NCBI GenBank assembly: GCA_964634255.1
Contig: CAZWJC010000001.1
Location: 6,116 to 70,115 of the forward strand
DNA from: an uncultured Verrucomicrobiota bacterium
Lineage (GTDB): Bacteria; Verrucomicrobiota; Verrucomicrobiia; Limisphaerales; MWDV01
DNA: 64,000 nt
Direction of reading: 5' to 3'
Shown: positions 25,435 to 33,739 of the stretch, piece after piece
Layout: the number at the start of each line of letters is the position of its first letter
Position numbering within the stretch: the stretch's first letter is position 1
Position numbers and translations under genes: made by a program
The notes under the pieces: generated by a model
Told to the model about the DNA's origin: nothing
The model's input: the letters and a program-made list of their open reading frames with translations, nothing else
Databases searched by the model: none

Positions 25435-28400
25435 ATGAACACAGAAATGTTCGCGTTTCTAGGCATGCCGGAGATCATCGTGATCTTCCTCGTGCTGCTG
25501 GGCATGGCCCTCATGGCCGCGACCGCCGCCGTGTTGCTGGTGTGGTTGCTCCGTCGCCACGAAGGGCAGCCCGAGGTCAATCCGCCGGCCCGGCAATCCG
25601 TCCAGCCGCTGCCGGAATCGGCCAGCACCTGCCCGCGCTGCGGCGCATCCTTGCCCGCCAACTCGCCGCAGGGTCTATGCCCGCGTTGTGTCATGGGCGT
25701 CGGCCTGGCGACACACACGGAAGCCCCTGGCGAAACAGGGCCGCACGGAACGAAGGTGGGCAAGCCCACTCCGTCGCCGGAAGAAATCGCCAAACACTTT
25801 CCGCAGCTCGAGATCATGGAATGCCTTGGGCGTGGTGGCATGGGCGTGGTGTACAAGGCCCGCCAGCCGAAGCTCAACCGGATGGTGGCGTTAAAGATCC
25901 TCGCGCCGGAAAAGGGCGCTGAACCGAAGTTCGCGGAGCGATTTCAGCGCGAGGCTTTGGCTCTCGCCCGGTTGAGTCACCCGAACATCGTCACGGTTCA
26001 CGACTTTGGCGAGGCGGAGGGAATGTTCTACCTGCTCATGGAATATGTGGATGGCGTGAGCTTGCGCCAGACGATGCGCGAAGGGCGCATGAAACCCGAG
26101 GAAGCGCTAGCCATCGTGCCGAAGATTTGCGAGGCGCTCCAGTTCGCCCACGAGCAGGGCATCGTGCATCGCGACATCAAGCCGGAGAACGTGCTGCTCG
26201 ACAGACAGGGCCGCGTGAAGATCGCAGATTTCGGGATCGCGAAGATTGTGGGTGAAGTAGGTCGGGCGGGCAGTCCTCTGCCCGCCGCAGTGCTAGAAGC
26301 AGAAGGCGGCGCGCACGGAGTGACGCGCCATACCAGTGCGCTCACCCAGGATCAGGTCCTCGGCACGCCGCATTACATGGCCCCGGAACAGGTGGAAAAG
26401 CCACAGTTGGTGGATCATCGCGCGGACATCTATTCGCTGGGTGTGGTGTTCTACGAAATGCTCACGGGCGAACTGCCGCTGGGCAAGTTCCAGCCGCCGT
26501 CAAAGAAGGTGCAGGTGGACGTGCGCTTGGATGAAGTAGTGTTGCGCGCGTTGGAGAAGAAGCCGGAACTGCGTTACCAGCAGGCCAGCGTGCTCAAGAC
26601 GCAGGTGGAGACGATTGCCGGCACTGGGACAGAAGGCGTTTCCTCTCATCCGCCAAAGACAGAGCCACGTTTCTTTGATTTCACCATTGGCATGCCGCAG
26701 TTCGTCCAGCGCGATGGACAAGCGCGGTGCTATTGGCCGGGGATCTTGTTGCTGTTCTCCACAATTGGGTTTGCGGTATGCGGCTTCAATCTCGCCAGCG
26801 GCCTCATTATCTGGCTGCTGGACTTGAAACTGCCGCCCGTCATTTCGTTCATCAACCTTGGCGACCTATGGCTGTGGCTGGTCTGGCTCGTGTTCAGCGC
26901 CATCGGTCGCTTGGCGGCCTTGAACTTGGGGGCGGAGAAGATCGGCAGGGCCAGCCTTACGGCATCGAAGAGCGTGAACGTGCTTCTCGTCCTTCTGGTC
27001 GCTGCCGCTTGGGCCTTCGGATTGGGGCATCTGGCTTGGTGGTTGCGCCGCACCTCCACAACCCTGCAGGCGGACAGTGGCTTCCGGATTATTTTGGGGA
27101 TCGCTCTATTGATTTTGGTCGGCTCGTTTCTGATCCGCCGCGTCTGGCGCGCTGTGAACAAGCCTCTCGCGCCCGGCGCACCGGTCGCGGCAGAGTCCGA
27201 GTCTGCTCGCCCGCCTCTCTCCCGGGCTCGCAAACGAGGGTTGTGGCTGAGTCTGGTGGTCCTGCTGGTGGTCGGATTGGTAACACTGGCTATGTGGAGT
27301 GTGCGACGGCAGGACGCAGACCGCCTTTGGGAGCAGCGGAGCTATGTGCAGCAAAAGTTGATGATCGAAACCGAGTCAAGACTTGGAGAGCTTGGCTACA
27401 GCCAAACTTGGTCAAGGACGACGGTCTCAGACGATCTTTCCAAGGCGTGGCGCGAATCCGGCCCGATGACGCGGCGCCGGACAGGTGGCGATCCGGAGTC
27501 GGTCACGAATGCGGCGGTGAGCTTGCATTATCTCGGCAACGGACGCTGGCTGGCGCTCGGTTTAGGGCAACTCTGCGAAGTCCGCTTTGAGATCAACACG
27601 CTGGCGGAGATGGCGCGCGGGCCGCTCCCCGTTCCGCCTCCGCCGCCGAGCAAGTCGTTTGACGATCTGGGGCTGCCGGTTCCACGACTGAACGTCATCG
27701 CCGGATGGAATGGGGAAACGCACGCTTTGCCGGAGCCGGTGTCTGCCGCGGAAGCATGGAAGCAGACGGAGGAATACGCAGCGTGGGAGAAGGTCCGCAA
27801 TGTCCGCAGCTTTACCTTCACCAACGCCTGCGGGTACACGTTTGAAATCCAAGCTTTGATGATGGGGCAACAGGACCAACGTCCGCGACCATTGCTCGGT
27901 GAGACGAAGCTTCGCCGACCTGACGGTGTCCTGTTGGCTTCAGCGCCGGGCGCGAACGGCGCAAACCAGCATTGGGACATCAACGTCATGGATGAGGCTG
28001 GCAACGACGTGACCGCCAAGGTGTCCGTCGAACGAGCCGCCCCCGCCGCCCCGCTTCGCGTCACCGAAGTGCGCTGGCGTCCCGACACGGCAGAGGAACG
28101 GATCTGGTCCGTCAACCGCTTTGGCGTGGCCTACGCAGAAGCCGTGGTGTCGTCCGATGGTATGCGCAAGACCGTTCGGCTGATCGAGGAATTGAAAGAC
28201 GCGCCTTACCCGCAGACGCCCGCCGGTGACGACACCAACGTCGGATTCGGCCCAACGCGCGAGGTCGTCTTGCGTGCCAAGGCGGACTGGACGGATTGCT
28301 TCCTCGACCTGCACACAGGCCGGGTAATCAGCGCTCCGCCGGAGTTGCTCGACAAGCTGCAGGAGACGCGCCCGCTTAATGATCGATTGCGCTCAATCAC

Positions 28401-28794
28401 GGACTGGCTGCGGGACAGCGGCGTCGAACTGGTGGCGCCACCTGGCGAGCACATGCGGTTTGTGGACGGCAATGTCTGCGCGCTGGATACAGGGAGCGGC
28501 AGCGTGTTTGACCGGCAGACACCGCAGTCGGTTTTGAATCTGACCCAGCGCTTTCGCCCGCAGAGCGGAGCCATCACCTTTCCCCCAATCCACGGCCGAG
28601 CAGGGCCGGCCAGCAAGGAAACGGGGACGTGGTTCTTCTGCCGGAGAGAGGAAATGGCCGGAGTGATTGAGATTCTCGATCACGATCGCAATGCGAACGT
28701 GTGGAGACTGCGATACAAGCTGGTGCAGGCGATGCCTTTGACCGAGAGCGAGATGAATTCGTCGCCCGCCTTCGCGCTGGAGAAAGGGCATTGA
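25435..28794 (+). CDS. Hanks-type Ser/Thr protein kinase with N-terminal TM + CxxC..CPxC ribbon, multi-TM region and large C-terminal domain of unknown function, copy 1
   Basis: In-frame ATG 25435. Kinase motifs GRGGMGVVYKA, VALK, HRDIKPENVLL, DFGIAK and GTPHYMAPE, followed by several hydrophobic helices and about 550 aa with no recognised family. Confidence 0.85.
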   Translation: MNTEMFAFLGMPEIIVIFLVLLGMALMAATAAVLLVWLLRRHEGQPEVNPPARQSVQPLPESASTCPRCGASLPANSPQGLCPRCVMGVGLATHTEAPGETGPHGTKVGKPTPSPEEIAKHFPQLEIMECLGRGGMGVVYKARQPKLNRMVALKILAPEKGAEPKFAERFQREALALARLSHPNIVTVHDFGEAEGMFYLLMEYVDGVSLRQTMREGRMKPEEALAIVPKICEALQFAHEQGIVHRDIKPENVLLDRQGRVKIADFGIAKIVGEVGRAGSPLPAAVLEAEGGAHGVTRHTSALTQDQVLGTPHYMAPEQVEKPQLVDHRADIYSLGVVFYEMLTGELPLGKFQPPSKKVQVDVRLDEVVLRALEKKPELRYQQASVLKTQVETIAGTGTEGVSSHPPKTEPRFFDFTIGMPQFVQRDGQARCYWPGILLLFSTIGFAVCGFNLASGLIIWLLDLKLPPVISFINLGDLWLWLVWLVFSAIGRLAALNLGAEKIGRASLTASKSVNVLLVLLVAAAWAFGLGHLAWWLRRTSTTLQADSGFRIILGIALLILVGSFLIRRVWRAVNKPLAPGAPVAAESESARPPLSRARKRGLWLSLVVLLVVGLVTLAMWSVRRQDADRLWEQRSYVQQKLMIETESRLGELGYSQTWSRTTVSDDLSKAWRESGPMTRRRTGGDPESVTNAAVSLHYLGNGRWLALGLGQLCEVRFEINTLAEMARGPLPVPPPPPSKSFDDLGLPVPRLNVIAGWNGETHALPEPVSAAEAWKQTEEYAAWEKVRNVRSFTFTNACGYTFEIQALMMGQQDQRPRPLLGETKLRRPDGVLLASAPGANGANQHWDINVMDEAGNDVTAKVSVERAAPAAPLRVTEVRWRPDTAEERIWSVNRFGVAYAEAVVSSDGMRKTVRLIEELKDAPYPQTPAGDDTNVGFGPTREVVLRAKADWTDCFLDLHTGRVISAPPELLDKLQETRPLNDRLRSITDWLRDSGVELVAPPGEHMRFVDGNVCALDTGSGSVFDRQTPQSVLNLTQRFRPQSGAITFPPIHGRAGPASKETGTWFFCRREEMAGVIEILDHDRNANVWRLRYKLVQAMPLTESEMNSSPAFALEKGH
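26265..26329. repeat. two GC-rich hairpins inside the kinase-1 activation-loop coding region
   Basis: ggcgggcag-tcct-ctgcccgcc (26265-26286; perfect 9-bp stem) and ggcgcgcac-gga-gtg(a)cgcgcc (26308-26329; 9-bp stem with one bulge). They encode ...AGSPLPAA...GGAHGVTRH.... Confidence 0.8.
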
Positions 28795-29060
28795 GCTAGA
28801 TGACGTGAGTGGATCAGCCTTCGACCGAGAGCAGACAAGCGGCATACTGCGCAGGGCCACGCACCATGGTGGTTGAGTGATAAGGGGCAAAAGTTTTTCG
28901 ATTAACACCCGCGCCGCCGGTTGAGGCACGCTCCACGCGCGGATTAGAACGTAGCACATACCGGCCGCATGATGGACCGAGACGCGCAAGCAGAATCCGC
29001 CTTGCGCCGCGAGGAAACAACGTGCCAGCGTGTGCGACACTCAGAACGAAGGTGATAGAC

Positions 29061-29624
29061 ATGAGACTGACAAGGTGGATGGCAATAGGTTTAGCCTGCG
29101 GTTTGATCAGCGTGGGAAGCGTTCGCGCGACGGACACCCCCGGCAAATCTGCGGCGACCGGCGACGAACGCATCGGCATCTACGACTCGCGGGCGATCGC
29201 TTACGCCGAGTTCTGGACCGAGGCGCATCAACGCAAGATCAGCGAGATGGTGAAGGCAGCCAAGGCGGCCAAGAACGCCGGCGAAACGGAGCGGCTCAGA
29301 AAACTGGAGACCGAGCTGAAGGCTGAACAGGAACGCAATCATCTGCAAGTGTTCAGCACGGCGCCAGTGGAAGCGATCATGGCCGGCATGAAGGATCGCG
29401 TGGAGGCGATTCAGAAGGAGGCGGGCGTATCGCAACTGGTGTCCAAGTGGGATGACAAGACGCTCAAAGATCACGCCCGCGCCGAGCAGGTGGACGTCAC
29501 CGACCTGCTGTTGCGCGGCTTCACGCTGAACGAGAAACAGCAAAAGGTCGTGGCTGATCTGCGGGCGAAGAAACCGCTTGCCCTGAAAGAGGCCGAGAAA
29601 CTGATGCGGGAAGGAAAGCTCTGA
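29061..29624 (+). CDS. hypothetical exported protein (weakly Skp/OmpH-like, coiled coil)
   Basis: In-frame ATG 29061 gives signal peptide MRLTRWMAIGLACGLISVGSVRA. The central region is lysine/glutamate-rich and helical. Family assignment is weak. Confidence 0.55.
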   Translation: MRLTRWMAIGLACGLISVGSVRATDTPGKSAATGDERIGIYDSRAIAYAEFWTEAHQRKISEMVKAAKAAKNAGETERLRKLETELKAEQERNHLQVFSTAPVEAIMAGMKDRVEAIQKEAGVSQLVSKWDDKTLKDHARAEQVDVTDLLLRGFTLNEKQQKVVADLRAKKPLALKEAEKLMREGKL

Positions 29625-29720
29625 ACGGGCGGACATCCGCTATCAACTGAACGTGTTGGTTGCGTCACCGCAAGTTCTGGCTGTCATGCTGGCGGCGGTC
29701 TGTGGCAGGCTGCCGCACAG

Positions 29721-30470
29721 ATGAGAACGTCCAGCCCGCCAACTGCCAATCCAGCGCCGCAGGTCTTTCCCAACACGCATTGGTCACTGGTCCTAACGGC
29801 TGGTCGCAGGGACACCCCGCGGGCGCACGAAGCGCTTTCGCGGTTGTGCGAGACTTACTGGTATCCGCTCTACGCCTATGTGCGCCGGCGCGGTCAGTCG
29901 CCCCACGATGCTCAGGACCTTACGCAGGAGTTCTTCGCGCGGCTGCTGGAGCACAACTGGCTGGCCGCGGTCGATCAGGAGCGAGGTCGGTTTCGCACCT
30001 TCCTGCTCACCGCCCTGGAGCGTTTTCTTGCGAATGAGTGGGACAAGGCCCGCGCCCAGAAGCGCGGCGGCGGGAAGCCGGTCTTGCCGCTGCAATTCGA
30101 CACTGCCGAAACGCGCTTCAGCGCCGAGCCAGCCGACACCCGCACGCCGGAACAGACCTTCGAGCGGCGTTGGGCGCTGACGCTGCTGGACGAGGTGTTG
30201 CGCAGGTTGGAAGCGGAGCAACGTGCCGAGGGCAAGGCGGAACACTTCGCCACGCTCAAGCAGTGCCTCGTGGGCGACCGTGCGTCGTTGCCCTACGATC
30301 AAATCGCGCAGGCGACCGGTCTCAGCGAAGGGGCGGTAAAAGTGGCGGTGCATCGCCTCCGCGTGCGCTACCGGGAGCTGCTCCGCGCCGAAATCGCCAA
30401 CACCGTGGCGTCGGCCGATGAAGTGGACGTTGAAATGCGGCATCTCTTTAACGTGCTGACAGGGGGATGA
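29721..30470 (+). CDS. ECF-type RNA polymerase sigma factor (kinase-associated type), copy 2
   Basis: 249 aa; NTHWSLVLTAG, YWYPLYAYVRRRGQSPHDAQDLTQEFFARLLE and AVKVAVHRLRVRYRE. High similarity to copy 1. Confidence 0.9.
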   Translation: MRTSSPPTANPAPQVFPNTHWSLVLTAGRRDTPRAHEALSRLCETYWYPLYAYVRRRGQSPHDAQDLTQEFFARLLEHNWLAAVDQERGRFRTFLLTALERFLANEWDKARAQKRGGGKPVLPLQFDTAETRFSAEPADTRTPEQTFERRWALTLLDEVLRRLEAEQRAEGKAEHFATLKQCLVGDRASLPYDQIAQATGLSEGAVKVAVHRLRVRYRELLRAEIANTVASADEVDVEMRHLFNVLTGG

Positions 30471-30703
30471 AATCCGAAATCCGAAATCCCAAGCACGGCA
30501 GAACAGCCACGGCTGGTTCAAGCAAGGAGCGCGGACAGCCTTGTCCGCGCTGCTTTCGTCGGTCTTCTTCTACCAGCCGCGACAGGACAGCGGTCGAGCG
30601 CCTGGCGGATAGACTCCTGGAGTGGTTCGGGCAAGGGCCGGCTTGGTATTCGGTCTTCGGACTTCGGCATTCCTTCGGTTTTCGACCTTCGGGTTTGAAT
30701 TCC
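30469..30703. repeat. MITE/REP-like palindromic element between sigma-2 and kinase-2
   Basis: Three perfect GAAATCC heptads (30469-30489) on the left. About six degenerate inverse heptads (GGTCTTC, GGACTTC, GGCATTC, GGTTTTC, GACCTTC...) lie at about 30649-30697. Internal perfect 10-bp hairpin agcgcggaca-gcct-tgtccgcgct (30528-30551). Confidence 0.65.
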
Positions 30704-30752
30704 TGTAACCTGCCGCTCCCGGTTGCTTAAGAAGACAGATGGAAGCAGGATC

Positions 30753-33737
30753 ATGGAAACGAAACGCATCTGTCAAAGTTGCGGGCGACCTCTGGCGGAC
30801 GATGCGCCGCAGGGGATGTGCCCGGAGTGCCTCATAAGGGCGGGCTTCGGTACGGGCATTGTGCCCGAACCCGGCGCGCCCACCAGCCAGCCGCCGTTCA
30901 CGCCGCCGCCGCTGGCGGAGATGGCGAAGCTATTTCCGCAGTTCGAGATTACCGAGCTGCTGGGGCGAGGTGGCATGGGCGCGGTCTATCGGGCGCGCCA
31001 GCCCGCTCTGGATCGTTGGGTGGCGCTGAAAGTCCTGCCACCACAGTCCACCTCGAAGCCGGGTTTTGCCGAGCGGTTCAATCGCGAAGCGCGGGCGCTG
31101 GCCCGCCTGAGCCACCCGAACATCGTGGCGGTGCATGAATTTGGCGAGGTGGGCGGCATGCCGTATTTTGTGATGGAATACGTCGAGGGCGTAACGCTGC
31201 GGCAGTTGGTGCGGGAGCGCCGGCTCGAACCGCGCGAGGCGCTGAAGATCGTGCCTCAAATCTGCGAAGCCCTGCAGTTCGCCCACGACGAAGGCGTCGT
31301 CCATCGCGACATCAAGCCGGAGAACATCCTGCTCGACAAACAAGGCCGGGTGAAGATCGCGGACTTTGGCATCGCAAAACTGCTGGAGCGCGGCTGTCCC
31401 AGCCGCAGCGGGAGCGGGAGTTCCGAGGTTGGCGGAGAAGTAGGAGCGTCACATTCAGTTGGAAGTGCTGCGGCTGAGACAGCCGCGCTCCAAGCCGGTC
31501 TCACACAAAACCAGGTCCTCGGTACGCCGCATTACATGGCGCCGGAGCAGGTGGAAAGACCGGCGACCGTGGATCATCGCGCCGACATTTATTCGTTGGG
31601 CGTGGTGTTCTACGAAATGCTCACTGGCGAGCTGCCATTGGGAAGGTTTCAGCCACCGTCGAAGAAGGTTCAAGTGGACGTGCGGCTCGACGAAGTTGTC
31701 CTGCACGCGTTGGAAAAGGAACCGGAGCGCCGTTATCAGCACGCCAGCGAAGTGAAGACGGCCGTCGAGAACCTCTCGACACCAAATGGTAGTCCAGCGG
31801 TGGCGGCACGACTTGGCGCGATCCCGCAGCCGGCATTTGCAGACAAAACCGCTCCTTCAAAGCGACGCGTCCCTTGGCAAATCTGGGTGGCGACGGCGCT
31901 GTTGGCGCTGGAAGGCATCGGCAACTTGTTTGCCATCCCGCGCCAACCGCAGGCAGCCGTGTGGCTGCTGGCGAAGGTCCTCTTCATCACCGGCCTGCTG
32001 CTCGGTTGGCGACCTGTGTTCGTCTTGAACCTCGTCGTCGCTGGCATCCACGTGGTTTACTTCGCCGCCGTTTCCATTCCCGTGGCGCTGATGAACCTCG
32101 TTCTGATGGTGCTCGTCGGCTCGGCGTATCGGTTCTACTTCAACGGAGCACAAGGCGCGTCGCGCCCTGCCGCCGAGGACGAGGCGACGTTGCCGCCGGA
32201 GCAAGCGACTCCCAACGCCGCCTCAGCCACCGCAACGAAGTCGCCGCGGCAAAACACGGCGCTACTGATCCTGGGTGCCGGCTTCGTGCTGCCCTCGGTG
32301 TTGTTCATTTGGTTTCTGCTCGCGGGTCATCGGCTCTATGGCGTGGACCTCGATGCCGATGTGCAGTTCTGGCTGGGTGTCGCCGGTCTGCCGATGAGTG
32401 CCGCGTTGGGATTGATGCTGGCGTGGCTCGGGCATTTGGCCTGCCGTAACGCCGGCTGGTTGTCGGGTTTGGATAGCAGGCCCGGACGCTGGTGTCCGCA
32501 AGCATGGGTGGCGGCGGCCTTGCTCGCCGTCAGCCTGCCCTTCGCAGGCGGGGCTGCGGTGATGGCGCAGCTCATCTCCAAGGACACGAGCGGTTGGCAT
32601 CCGGCCAGCGGTGAATTCTGGCTCGTGATGCTGGTGGCCGCAGGCACGCTGATGACGTTGTTCTCTTCCACGCTGCTGGGGATCACGGCTGCGAGTAAGA
32701 TCCGTCGCGGCCAGCCGCTACTGCGCGGACGTTGGCCCGCGATGGCGGCAGCCTTGTATTGGCCGGCAGTTCTGGTGTTGGTTGGCAGCCTGTTGGCACT
32801 TCCGGGTGGCGCGGACAGCGAGCCCAACCTCCTCGTCACCGGAACAGTGGCGGATGCGGAAACAGGTAAGCCGATTGCCGGCGCGCGCGTGGACGATTCG
32901 CGCTACGGCCCCAACCGCGTTCCCCAAGAAGCATGGACGGACGAAGGCGGGCGGTACGAGTTGCGGACCTGGTATGAGGAGCACACGATCTCGGCGTCCG
33001 CGCCCGGCTACGAACCCGACCTCCAGACCCTGCTGACCAAGCCGTTCGGGAAGGAGAAAGTGACGCAGATGGACTTCAAGTTACGCGCAATCGCCAAACC
33101 AGCCCCCACATCCAAGTCTGGCGTGGACCAAAGCGCTGCTCAGGAGATCGCGCGACTGAAACTCCAGAATGCCGAACAGGAACTGAAGATTGCGGAGAAC
33201 AAGTTCTCCGTGGGCGTCATGACGAAATATGACCTCCAGAAGATCCAGTGGCTGCGCGATATCGCAGTGGCGGAGGTCCAGGGCGATGTGCTGGAAGTCG
33301 CTCGGCTCAAATTGGCGATCGCCGAACTGGAGCTGCAGGTGGCCGACCAGAAGCGTTCTGTCGGCAAGGCCACGCCGCAGGACTGCGAGCAGGCCAGGCT
33401 CGCCCGCGATATCGAGATGGTCCGGTTCAAACAAACCCAAAACGCTCGCAGCAGCGCAACCAACTCAGCACCTGACAGCGCAGGTCGAAGCGAACTCAGA
33501 TTCTCCGCCAAAGGAGATCGCGTCGTGGTGGAATCATCCGATGGCCACAAGCTGACCGCCGACGATGTCAGGCTTGGCACCAACGACACGCTGGTGGCCA
33601 AGGGCAATGGGATTCTCGAGAGGCAGGAACGAAACCTGGAAATGCCGCCCCCCGCCAACCAGCCCTCCAACATCACGAGCGGACGCGCGATTCGAGCACC
33701 TTCCGAGGCGCCGAGCACCAACTCTCCGCCGAAGTGA
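30753..33737 (+). CDS. Hanks-type Ser/Thr protein kinase with CxxC..CPxC ribbon, multi-TM region, carboxypeptidase-regulatory-like domain and coiled coil, copy 2
   Basis: In-frame ATG 30753 (METKRICQSCGRPL...CPEC). Kinase motifs GRGGMGAVYRA, VALK, HRDIKPENILL, DFGIAK and GTPHYMAPE. Later VTGTVADAETGKPIAGARV...GGRYEL resembles a CarboxypepD_reg fold. Confidence 0.9.
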   Translation: METKRICQSCGRPLADDAPQGMCPECLIRAGFGTGIVPEPGAPTSQPPFTPPPLAEMAKLFPQFEITELLGRGGMGAVYRARQPALDRWVALKVLPPQSTSKPGFAERFNREARALARLSHPNIVAVHEFGEVGGMPYFVMEYVEGVTLRQLVRERRLEPREALKIVPQICEALQFAHDEGVVHRDIKPENILLDKQGRVKIADFGIAKLLERGCPSRSGSGSSEVGGEVGASHSVGSAAAETAALQAGLTQNQVLGTPHYMAPEQVERPATVDHRADIYSLGVVFYEMLTGELPLGRFQPPSKKVQVDVRLDEVVLHALEKEPERRYQHASEVKTAVENLSTPNGSPAVAARLGAIPQPAFADKTAPSKRRVPWQIWVATALLALEGIGNLFAIPRQPQAAVWLLAKVLFITGLLLGWRPVFVLNLVVAGIHVVYFAAVSIPVALMNLVLMVLVGSAYRFYFNGAQGASRPAAEDEATLPPEQATPNAASATATKSPRQNTALLILGAGFVLPSVLFIWFLLAGHRLYGVDLDADVQFWLGVAGLPMSAALGLMLAWLGHLACRNAGWLSGLDSRPGRWCPQAWVAAALLAVSLPFAGGAAVMAQLISKDTSGWHPASGEFWLVMLVAAGTLMTLFSSTLLGITAASKIRRGQPLLRGRWPAMAAALYWPAVLVLVGSLLALPGGADSEPNLLVTGTVADAETGKPIAGARVDDSRYGPNRVPQEAWTDEGGRYELRTWYEEHTISASAPGYEPDLQTLLTKPFGKEKVTQMDFKLRAIAKPAPTSKSGVDQSAAQEIARLKLQNAEQELKIAENKFSVGVMTKYDLQKIQWLRDIAVAEVQGDVLEVARLKLAIAELELQVADQKRSVGKATPQDCEQARLARDIEMVRFKQTQNARSSATNSAPDSAGRSELRFSAKGDRVVVESSDGHKLTADDVRLGTNDTLVAKGNGILERQERNLEMPPPANQPSNITSGRAIRAPSEAPSTNSPPK
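31386..31492. repeat. 25-bp inverted repeat (24/25) inside the kinase-2 activation-loop coding region
   Basis: The left arm ggagcgcggctgtcccagccgcagc (31386-31410) is the reverse complement of the right arm gctgcggctgagacagccgcgctcc (31468-31492) with one mismatch. The spacer is 57 nt. Confidence 0.85.
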
Positions 33738-33739
33738 AT

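Noticed and set aside
25435-25560. TatA-like N-terminus of kinase 1 (MFAFLGMPEIIVIFLVLL)
   Set aside because: The resemblance is limited to the first dozen hydrophobic residues. The TatA hinge and amphipathic helix (FG.KKLPE.G) are absent. It is most simply an ordinary N-terminal TM helix.
24618-25877. 419-aa minus-strand ORF spanning sigma-1 and the kinase-1 start
   Set aside because: It is antisense to two genes with clear motifs and crosses their intergenic region, so it is a shadow ORF.
30469-30489. Possible CRISPR or other array from the GAAATCC repeats
   Set aside because: There are only three contiguous 7-bp units with no spacers. This is far too short for CRISPR repeats and is better explained as the terminus of a MITE/REP-like element.
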